From Dehalococcoidia bacterium (GTDB taxonomy: Bacteria; Chloroflexota; Dehalococcoidia; Lucifugimonadales; UBA3495): a stretch of DNA of 64,000 nucleotides. Position 1 is the stretch's first letter, and each line of letters opens with the position of its first letter. Where the stretch lies: the NCBI GenBank assembly GCA_963666865.1, contig OY763072.1, forward strand, positions 842,572 to 906,571, given 5' to 3'. Below, piece after piece: positions 54,106 to 61,644 of the stretch. The notes below the pieces were generated by a model. The model did no database searches, was not told the DNA's origin, and was given only the letters and a program-made list of their open reading frames with translations. A program made the position numbers and the translations under genes.

Positions 54106-54120
54106 TCCGCCTCAGGCGGA
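54106..54120. repeat. TCCGCC-N3-GGCGGA palindrome (loop TCA) in IS1182-like tnp
   Basis: tccgcctcaggcgga, at frame switch 3. Confidence 0.9.
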
Positions 54121-54205
54121 TTGATCACCGCGGTGGACGTTTTGGCGGGCAACGCTGCCGACAATCTGGGAGCGCTGGAGTTGGTGGAGCAGAGCGAGGC
54201 CAGCG

Positions 54206-54220
54206 TCCGCCGCAGGCGGA
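54206..54220. repeat. TCCGCC-N3-GGCGGA palindrome (loop GCA) in IS1182-like tnp
   Basis: tccgccgcaggcgga, in frame (VRRRR). Confidence 0.9.
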
Positions 54221-54950
54221 TACCGGTGGTGGAGGCCATGGGTGACACTGCCTACGGCGACGGTGGCACCCGCCAGGCTTTCGCCGACGCGGGGCGCAAG
54301 CTGGTGGCCCGAGTGCCGGGCCGTCCCAACCGGAAGTGTTTCCCCAAGGAAGACTTCATCATCGACCTGACCCAGGGAAGTTGCACCTGTCCGGCGGGAC
54401 AGGTCACCTGCACCATCGTGCCGGCGGGGAAACGAACCGACAGTGCTGGGACGGTGCATCGTCTGCAAGCCTTCCGCTTTGACGGTGCGGTGTGCCAGGG
54501 CTGTCTGCTGCGGTCCCGATGCTTTACCGCCACAGGCAGGAAGGGAAGGCAGGTGCTGATCCACCCGCAGGAAGGCTTGTTGCAAGAGGCTCGGGCGTTG
54601 CAGCAGAGCGCTGACTACGACCAGTACCGGCAACTACGCGTGGTGGCGGAGCATCGACTGGCTCGGCTGGAGCAGTTGGGCATCCGTCAGGCCCGTTACT
54701 TCGGGCGGGTCAAGACCAAGTTCCAGTTGTACCTGGCCGCCACGGTGGCGAACTTAACCCTGATGGCCAACCAAACCGGTGTGGTCGGTAATTCTGGCGA
54801 TGGCTCCGACTGCATCGTCGCCACCGCTCAAATTGGCGGTAATCTCGGCGTGGGTCGGCACCTAACGACAACCCGGATGCTGGCTTGGCTCAGGTCGCCA
54901 ACACTGGCCCTATCTCTCTCTCCGATCAAGGCTTTCCGGCCCGCTTTCTA

Positions 54951-55833
54951 GCAGCCAGTAGCCCTTGCCCGGTTCTCTCAGGGGACGTATTTCCACGGCG
55001 GCCCAGTCGTAGACCCGGGGGCCTTTGGCTCCATCGCCGGCGCTGCATCTGATCCAGTCGGCCTCGTCAACCTGCGCCGTCAACCGGTCAGCCCTCACCT
55101 GTCTGGGACCCTTGTCCGTCAAAGCCTACAGCTTCTCGTTGCGCTTGATGGCCAGCACGTGGGGAATCCCCTGACGCTCCAGCCACAGCCGCAACTTGCG
55201 GTCACTGCCGTAAACCTCGTCCCCGGTAAACCAAGCGAAGGGAACACCCGATGCCAGAGCCCGCTCCAACATCTGCCGGGCCAGTTGCCCCTTGGTCTGA
55301 AAGCCAACGCTCTCAGGCACCCTGGCCTCGCGCCGCCGCTCCCGGTCATCAGCCCACACCTGGGGCAGGTACAGCTCCCGGTCCAGCAGTGTCCTGCTAT
55401 TGGCCGAGGCATAGGACAGGAATGCCCCAATCTGACAGTTCTCGATCCGCCCCGCCGTACCGCTGTACTGGCGCTGCACCCCAGCCGATTTCTCCCCTTT
55501 CTTGATGAATCCGGTCTCGTCCACCACCAGGACCGCATCTCCGTCGCCCAGATGCTCGACCACATACTGTTTCAGATCATCCCGGACCAGGTCCGCGTCC
55601 CAGATGTAACCCGACAGCAGGCGCTGCACACCGTAGGGAGTGGCGTCGCCCGCTTGCTCCGCCAACTGCCAGCCGTTCTTGCGTTCTACCGGGCTGAGCA
55701 ACCCTTTCAGATACTCCAGGGCCCGCCTGCGCGGCTCCGGCCGCTGAAACCTGCCTGCGATGCACTGGTGTACCCGCTCAATGCCCTCGGCCCACCGGGC
55801 GACCTCCGCCACCTCGTCTCTCCCAACAACCAT
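54951..55833 (-). pseudogene. IS701-family transposase remnant (copy 2), 3' third removed by the IS1182 insertion
   Basis: [21 protein letters not shown]...[32 protein letters not shown]...; in-frame TAG (NEKL*ALTDKG) where copy 1 has Trp. Ends at ...GKGYWLL next to the IS1182 end. Confidence 0.8.
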
Positions 55834-55940
55834 CGCCTCACCTCAACACTCCTTTTGCCTGAAATTCTACCCTCTTCTGATCTGCAACTGTAGTACTAGG
55901 GCGTGTTCACACTATGTAGCGCGGCATTATAACGCGGCGC

Positions 55941-56755
55941 ATGGAAATTACGGAAGAACAGTACCAACGGATCGCGCCGCACTTCCCCGTACAGCGAGGC
56001 AACGTCAGCATCCCCAACTTGCAGGTGTTGAACGCTATCCTCTACGTCAATGAGCACGGTTGCAAATGGCGGGGTTTGCCTCCGTCCTTTGGTGACTGGC
56101 ACACCATCTATACTCGGATGAACCGCTGGTCCAAAAAGGGCGTGCTGGATCGGGTTTTCGCGGCCTTGCAGGAGGAGGGAATTGTCCGGGTCAATGTGGA
56201 GGTGACGGCCTTGGACAGCACCAGCGTGAAGAGCCTGCCCCGTACTGGATACGGGGTGCATCCGGACGGCGCTGGGGCGCTCAAAAAAGCGGGTTGCAAG
56301 CCATCGGCAAGTCCCGGGGCGGCTGGAACACCAAAATTCATCTGGTTGCCATCCGCCTGGGGCGGAAGCGCAATGCGGTGACCCCGTATCAGGTACGGGG
56401 CAGGCTCTTTGCGCTGTCGCCCGGGGAAGCTCATGACGGGCCGGAGGGCCGCCGCCTGTTGGAAAGTTTGGGGCCGCAAGAACCTGGGACCAAGTTGCTG
56501 ATGGATCGGGCCTATGAAGGCAACCCCACCCGCGGGTTGGCGGTGGAATTGGGGTATGACCCGGTAGTGCCGCCGTTGCGCAGTCGGAAAGAACCCTGGG
56601 AATATGATCGGGAGATGTACAAAAGGCGGAACGAAGTCGAGCGACTGTTCCGGCGGTTGAAAAGGTTCCGCCGCATCTTCAACCGATACGACAAGCTGGA
56701 TGCGATTTTCAGCGGCTTCATCCTGTTCGCCCTCATCTACGATGCCCTGCAATAG
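55941..56755 (+). CDS. IS5-family transposase OrfA/OrfB (two frames; a -1 shift is needed)
   Basis: OrfA ...NAILYVNEHGCKWRGLP...; OrfB QAIGKSRGGWNTKIH...MDRAYEG...RNEVERLFRRLKRFRRIFNRYDK. Contains three short palindromic extra segments, so activity is doubtful. Confidence 0.65.
56238..56256. repeat. CCCCGTA-N5-TACGGGG palindrome (loop CTGGA) in IS5-like orfA
   Basis: Lies within an in-frame extra 8-aa segment (SLPRTGYG) relative to the expected VKxH..AAGA. Confidence 0.8.
56283..56289 (+). promoter_or_regulatory. A6G slippery run at the orfA/orfB overlap (possible programmed -1 frameshift or transcriptional slippage)
   Basis: ctc aaa aaa gcg. A -1 shift gives ...LKK-SGLQAIGKSRGG. Confidence 0.45.
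56352..56366. repeat. TCCGCC-N3-GGCGGA palindrome (loop TGG) in IS5-like orfB
   Basis: tccgcctggggcgga. Part of an extra segment of about 11 aa between HLV and FALSPGEAHD. Confidence 0.9.
56382..56400. repeat. CCCCGTA-N5-TACGGGG palindrome (loop TCAGG) in IS5-like orfB
   Basis: ccccgtatcaggtacgggg, 15 nt after the previous palindrome. Confidence 0.85.
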
Positions 56756-56774
56756 TGTGAACACGCCCTAACCC

Positions 56775-56890
56775 ATGATGCCTTCCATCGGCTCTGGACC
56801 TACTACGGCAAGCTCGACGAGGACGACCTTCAGCGGTTCGTGTCCACGGCCTCCGCGATACTGGCCAACTACGAGGCCATAAGACCGTGA
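56775..56890 (+). pseudogene. orphan 3' gene fragment
   Basis: HDAFHRLWTYYGKLDEDDLQRFVSTASAILANYEAIRP-stop, directly after the IS end, with no upstream continuation. Confidence 0.3.
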
Positions 56891-57083
56891 GAATAATCAG
56901 CCTTCAGGGAGGCATAGCCTACCTGAAGAAGACCACGTGTAGGAAAACCAAGTGTGTTCGGGCGGGAGGGAGCGAGAGCGCCGGGCAACCAACGCGATAT
57001 TGAGACTCACGCGCACCCATTTTGTCATCGCGAGGAGTGAAGCGACGTGGCGATCTCGTTCCCGCAGTAACGTTCCTTGCCTC

Positions 57084-57855
57084 TCACGGCGTCACCTCGT
57101 ACTCCACCTGCGCCACCTTTCGCTCCCCGTCGTACATCATTACCCAGTAACGGCCCGTAACCCACCGGTCGGGATCGGAAGGACCCAGCGGAGTTCTCCA
57201 CCAACCGCTGGTTCTTCCTGGCTGAAAATAAAAGTCGAAAATCTCCCTGTCAAATGCGAAGCCGTCCATGTAGTACTCCACTGTCTCAAGGGGAACGGAT
57301 ATGAGTTCGGTGGATTGGGAGAACTCGAACCTCCGGTACAAGTACACCCGGCCCTCGATCTCCTTGAGCTCCGAGATCGACACTTGGGACGTCCGCGTGT
57401 CCGCGTCCGCCGGCCATTCCTGGTCCAGCGAGATGAATGCGTCCGCAATCCGCCCGTTGATGCTCGGTAGGCTGGGATCTGCCGGCCGATCATCCAGGTA
57501 GCTCAGGTCGTACGGCTCGGTACCGTAGTACCACCGGTTGATCACTGTGTCCACCGCTGCGATAACATCAGGCCCGGCGCCCTTTTTGAACGCATCGTCC
57601 ACCGCGTCAATGCCACCGTGGACGCTCCGTCCCTTTGTCGCTCGGTACAGGTTGCGGAACCCTTGCTGGAACTGATCCCGTCCCAGCGTCCGGTACAGGT
57701 CCAGGAACAGCCGTTCCCCCAGCGAGTAGTTGCAACTGAACTCCGCCCAGTAGCCGCCGCCTGGGTTCTGGGGATCCGCTCGGTCCAACTCGCCCAGGTT
57801 TGCGTAGTAGGCGCATGGACCCCAGTCCGCGGTCAGCGGTGCGCCGGTGAGCGTG
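57084..57855 (-). pseudogene. C-terminal fragment of an unidentified (possibly peptidase-like) protein, 5' part removed at the IS1182 copy 2 junction
   Basis: Coding-like 257 codons (…YYANLGELDRADPQNPGGGYWAEF…). The apparent ATG at 57872 lies inside IS-derived sequence. Confidence 0.5.
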
Positions 57856-57872
57856 TTATCCACGGTGATCAA

Positions 57873-57887
57873 TCCGCCTGAGGCGGA
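57873..57887. repeat. TCCGCC-N3-GGCGGA palindrome (copy of 54106..54120)
   Basis: tccgcctgaggcgga. Confidence 0.9.
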
Positions 57888-58354
57888 TCGGTGTCCACCA
57901 CCACGGCGGCCTTGTGCCCGTCGAAGCGCTTGCTCTTGCTCTTGTGGCCGTGGCGCATCTCCGGATCGTGCACCGACACCATCCGGTCCTTGCTCACACC
58001 CTCTTTCAGGCTCACCCCGCCGTCACCATTATCGTCGTCGTCACCACGCTTCACGTCCTGGAGCAGTAATTGGCCCAGCAACTCCGCCGCGTCAACTATC
58101 GCCTGCCGCTCGGCGCTGTCGGCGTCCAACGCGTCCTGGGCCTGACGGGCCAATTCCAGCAGCCGGTCGGCATCCGCCACAATCTGTCCCAACAGCCTCC
58201 GCCGCGCCCGACGGTTGGACCAGTCGATGGCCGCCTCTCCCTTCACGCTGCTGCCCACGTAGCGTTTGTAACCGTGGCCCTCCGCCCAGCGCCGCATCGG
58301 AATACCCTCCACCGCCGCCAAAGCCCGCATCAGCTTCACGATGCCGTCGGCCAA

Positions 58355-58369
58355 TCCGCCTCAGGCGGG
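58355..58369. repeat. TCCGCC-N3-GGCGG(G) palindrome (copy of 53618..53632)
   Basis: tccgcctcaggcggg. Confidence 0.9.
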
Positions 58370-58764
58370 TAGGTGTCCTTCACCGCACCGCGTCCCAGGA
58401 TGTACGTCGTGTCCATCGCCACCCGCATCCCACGCTTTCCCTTCAGGTAGCCGGCCTCACGGGCCAACCGCAGGCTCTGCTCGAACACCTCACGCACCTT
58501 GTCGTGCAGGATCAACTGGGCACGGAACACCTGCAGTGTGCTCTTGGCAAAGGGCCGATCCTCGATCTCAATCCCCAACGCCACCTTCCACCGGATGTCG
58601 AAGTCGGCCCGAGCCTTGGCCTCGGCGTCGCTCACCTTGTCGTGGGTCTGCAACAGCAGCGCCGTGGCCAGGAGGCTGGGCGGCACGCTGACCCGGCCAT
58701 TGTCCAGGCAGTACAGCTCGGCGAAGTCGGCGTCGCGGAACAGCTGGCCCCGCAACGAGGCCAG

Positions 58765-58779
58765 TCCGCCATGGGCGGA
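58765..58779. repeat. TCCGCC-N3-GGCGGA palindrome (copy of 53208..53222)
   Basis: tccgccatgggcgga. Confidence 0.9.
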
Positions 58780-59304
58780 TAGAACGTGTCCTTACCCACC
58801 AGATCCAAGTACAACTGGTCCGCCTCCCACAGGCCCCTCTGGTCGGATCGCTCGCCCAGCATGGTCTCACTTCACCCCGCTATCTCAGCTGGCCCGGAGT
58901 ATAACCTCCACTTCGCCAGGCGGGGTTTCCGGCCAGCTTTCTAGGGCGTGTCGTCAAATTATTTTAGTCCAGAGTGCGATGGCGCGGATCTGGCAGTTAG
59001 CCAAGAAAGAAGCGGCTTTCTTGGCATATCGGGTCGCAACCCCGCGCCATTGCTTGAAGTTGCAAAATCCATTCTCCACCAAGTGCCGCGCCTGGTACAA
59101 ATCCCGGTCGTATTCCCGCTGCTCCCGACGGTTGCTCCGGGGCGGTTTCACCACGTTCATCCCCCACGATGATGCCATGGCCACGATTTGATTGGTGTCA
59201 TACCCTTTGTCCGCCAGCAGATGCTCCGCCGCGATACCCTCGATCAATGCCAGCCCCTGAGTACAATCGGCAGTGGCGCCTGCCGTCAGTATCATCCGCA
59301 CCGG

Positions 59305-59319
59305 TCCGCCTCTGGCGGA
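59305..59319. repeat. TCCGCC-N3-GGCGGA palindrome (loop TCT) in IS5-like tnp
   Basis: tccgcctctggcgga, between DAH and PVRMILTAG (frame switch). Confidence 0.9.
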
Positions 59320-59537
59320 TGAGCATCCACCGCCAGATGGAGCTTACTGTTCAGCCCCCTTTGGTGCGCGCGATGGCCTGGTTCCCGCCCACGGCGCCAG
59401 CAGCATGAAGATGCACCTTGATATGACTGGCGTCAATCATCAGCCACTCAAAATCGGGGTCGTCAATCACCGCTGCCAGCAACCAGTCCCACACGCCCCG
59501 GTCCCGCCAGCGGCAGTAGCGACGATGAGTGTTCTTC

Positions 59538-59552
59538 TCCGCCTTTGGCGGA
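59538..59552. repeat. TCCGCC-N3-GGCGGA palindrome (loop TTT) in IS5-like tnp
   Basis: tccgcctttggcgga, in frame on the coding strand (PPKAE) inside DYG-PPKAE-KNTHRRY. Confidence 0.9.
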
Positions 59553-59817
59553 CCGTAGTCTGGGGGAAGGTCCCGCCAAGGCGCGCCGGTGCGTAGTATC
59601 CAGAATACGGCGTTGAGAAACCGGCGGTTGTCCGGGGCGGGTCGGCCCACCTTGCCCGCGCCGCCGGGCAAAGGGGGGCGAGGATTTGCCAAACTCGGTC
59701 GGAAATGTCGTGCCGGCGATGTGATGCTGCCATATGCTACCCTGCCTTTGACCCATGTACAGCACCAATTTATCATTACACCTCAATTTGACGACACGCC
59801 CTAGCAGCAGTAGGTGG

Positions 59818-59849
59818 CCTTGCCCGAAAATCTGGCTTTTCGGGCAAGG
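59818..59849. repeat. 13-bp perfect hairpin ccttgcccgaaaa-tctggc-ttttcgggcaagg
   Basis: The left arm continues a short IS701-like fragment (cagcagtaggtggccttgccc, compare 54951 cagccagtagcccttgccc). Confidence 0.6.
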
Positions 59850-60223
59850 TTGTGATTATAGAATTATACACTTCAGGGGCCGTCCGTGTCAGTTTTGGTT
59901 GGCCCCCGCCTTGCCGGAAAAGTAGCAATGCAGCGGAATTTTCGGGCAGAATCGCGCAGTGGACGTTATCCTCCTCTAGAGCGTGTGGACAATTAACTCC
60001 AGCACCTTTGGGTGCCTTGGTCCACCGCTTTGTATACAGCGGTCCGACCTTGGGCCACGGACGCCTCCGCTATAGAGGACGCATACGCCAGAGAATCGAA
60101 GCCGACCATGCGCGCTCTCGCCAAAACTAGGACTGGGACTGGCTGTAGGGTGGCGACTACCTGTAGCGCAAAGGATGCTTCGTCCCCACTACCGCAGCGT
60201 TCGTTGCAAATATTTGCAAATAC

Positions 60224-60508
60224 CTATCTAGCGGGCACATCCAGAATTTTCGAGAGCCGCTTTTCGTCATAGGTTGGCGCGATTTCGTCGGACGGTTTTT
60301 GAAACTGGAGTAGCGAAATCGCCTGAACAGAGTACAGTGTGCCAATTTTCAGCGCGCTATGACGCGGGACAGACACCCGATGCTCACGTCCCCTGATGTT
60401 GGTGACCAGCCGCATATGGCTGCCCCTCTGCCGTACAACCCGGTAGCCATAGTGGCGGCGGAGTAGCCCGACCAACTCCTCGCCGGACATATCTCTGGGC
60501 AGCATCAC
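60224..60508 (-). CDS. hicA: HicA-family mRNA interferase toxin
   Basis: LPRDMSGEELVGLLRRHYGYRVVRQRGSHMRL...VPRHSALKIGTL. GTGATG start overlaps the hicB stop. Confidence 0.7.
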   Translation of the reverse strand: MMLPRDMSGEELVGLLRRHYGYRVVRQRGSHMRLVTNIRGREHRVSVPRHSALKIGTLYSVQAISLLQFQKPSDEIAPTYDEKRLSKILDVPAR

Positions 60509-60714
60509 ACCGCGACGACCTCGTCCTTCACCAGCCGCAGCCGCAGCGTTGCCGGCGCAGGCCCGTCATCAAAATGGCACAGTACGGCGTCTTGTGCCAT
60601 CAGCTTCAGTTCTTCCTAGGAGTCGCCCTGGGTGATGATGTCGTGTCCCACTGCCGCAGCATAATAGCCGCCTTCTTCGGCTTCATGCACTTCACAAACC
60701 ACCTCGTCCGGCAT
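60505..60714 (-). pseudogene. hicB: HicB-family antitoxin with in-frame amber codon
   Basis: MPDEVVCEVHEAEEGGYYAAAVGHDIITQGDS-TAG-EELKLMAQDAVL... TAG at 60618..60616, where the family usually has Leu (GDTLEEL). Confidence 0.6.
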
Positions 60715-60751
60715 AATCGACTTGCCTCCATTCAATTGCAGTGATCGTTAC

Positions 60752-61603
60752 CTAAACCAACACCACGTTGTCAATCAGCCGCACCGCCCCCAAGCGTACC
60801 GCCGTCGCCACCATCACCGGCTTGCCGTCCCGCATGGTTTCAACCGGTTTCATGCTGTCTGCATCCACGACGCTCACGTAATCCACCGCTTCTATTAGGG
60901 TCTCGCGTTCCAGGATGTTGAAGGCAGCTCGCTGTATTCTTCCCGCGTCCCTTTCGCCCCGGCGCCAAACATCCTCCGCCGCGCAGAGCGCACGGTACAC
61001 CGCCGGCGCCGCCTCCCGTTGCTCCGGCGTCAGGTAGGCGTTGCGGCTGCTCAGGGCCAGGCCGTCCGGCTCGCGGATGGTGGGCATGGTCACCACCTCG
61101 ACGCCCAGGTTCAGGTCGTCGTTCATCTTGCGGATGACCGCCACTTGTTGGCCGTCTTTCTGGCCGAAATAGGCCCGGTCGGGGCGCGTTATGGTGAACA
61201 GCTTGGCGACTACCGTGGCCACACCGCGAAAGTGGCCGGGGCGGGCCGCGCCTTCCATTCCCTCGGCCACCGCTCCCGGCTCTATCCAAGTGTCGAAACC
61301 TTGAGGATAAACTTCGTCGGGGGGTGGAACGAATACCAGATCCGTTCCTTCCGCCTCCAGCAGTTCCAGATCGCGTTCCAGGCTGCGCGGGTAGCGGGAG
61401 AAGTCCTCGTTGGGGCCGAATTGGGTTGGGTTGACGAATATGGACGCGGCTACGGTGACGTTGTCCGCCCGAGCCTGCCGCGTCAGCGAAAGGTGTCCAT
61501 CGTGGAGCGCGCCCATGGTCGGGACCAATCCTAGAGGACGCGCCGCCTCTCGACATGCCGCCATCATTTCCGCGCAGGTTTCGACAACCCTCATTCTGAG
61601 CAT
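60752..61603 (-). CDS. panC: pantoate-beta-alanine ligase
   Basis: VPTMGALHDGHLSL and FVNPTQFGPNEDF motifs. Confidence 0.9.
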   Translation of the reverse strand: MLRMRVVETCAEMMAACREAARPLGLVPTMGALHDGHLSLTRQARADNVTVAASIFVNPTQFGPNEDFSRYPRSLERDLELLEAEGTDLVFVPPPDEVYPQGFDTWIEPGAVAEGMEGAARPGHFRGVATVVAKLFTITRPDRAYFGQKDGQQVAVIRKMNDDLNLGVEVVTMPTIREPDGLALSSRNAYLTPEQREAAPAVYRALCAAEDVWRRGERDAGRIQRAAFNILERETLIEAVDYVSVVDADSMKPVETMRDGKPVMVATAVRLGAVRLIDNVVLV

Positions 61604-61644
61604 CCTCCCCTATTTTGCGAACACAGCTCCGCGACGTCGTTCAT

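Larger units (their letters stand above)
53093..54950 (+). mobile_element. IS1182-family insertion sequence, copy 1 (left boundary uncertain)
   Basis: Right end ggctttccggcccgctttctag (54929..54950) is the inverted match of the left end of copy 2 (ctagaaagctggccggaaa). Identity with copy 2 starts at about 53093. Confidence 0.75.
53125..54951 (+). pseudogene. IS1182-family transposase split into four frames
   Basis: MLGERSDQRGLW... / LRGQLFRDADFAELY...DIRWKVALG / LADGIVKLMRAL...HDPEMRHGHKS...GHKAAVVVDTD / LITAVDVLAGNAAD...GDTAYG...C.CP...C..C...C...YRQLRVVAEHRLARL. Each frame switch sits at a 15-nt palindrome. Confidence 0.85.
55897..56770 (+). mobile_element. IS5-family (IS427-like group) insertion sequence
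   Basis: Perfect 18-bp inverted repeats tagggcgtgttcacacta (55897..55914) and tagtgtgaacacgcccta (56753..56770). Confidence 0.85.
57856..58944 (-). mobile_element. IS1182-family insertion sequence, copy 2 (5' 1.09 kb only, inverted relative to copy 1)
   Basis: The translated ORFs are identical to copy 1 (e.g. 58336..58755 = 53232..53651). Same three palindromes. (AAGAGC)x2 versus x3 in copy 1 (54044..54061). Breaks off a few nt beyond the palindrome at 57873. Confidence 0.85.
58954..59776 (-). pseudogene. IS5-family transposase, frame broken
   Basis: ...FLNAVFWILRTGAPWRDLPPDYG...WLMIDASHIKVHLHAAGA...TKGG LNSKLHLAVDAH / (P)VRMILTAGATADCTQGLALIEG...DKGYD. The break is at the palindrome 59305..59319. 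Confidence 0.8.
58941..59804 (-). mobile_element. IS5-family insertion sequence (second type) inserted at the CTAG that ends IS1182 copy 2
   Basis: Perfect 20-bp inverted repeats ctagggcgtgtcgtcaaatt (58941..58960) and aatttgacgacacgccctag (59785..59804). Confidence 0.9.

Noticed and set aside
53208-54120. Programmed ribosomal bypassing or -1 frameshifting at the IS1182 hairpins
   Set aside because: A GAT codon does flank both sides of the 54106 hairpin, but the second GAT is in the same frame and is followed by TGA, so a hop would not restore the ORF. No slippery heptamer precedes any of the hairpins. I therefore treat them as disruptive insertions rather than recoding signals, although this is untested.
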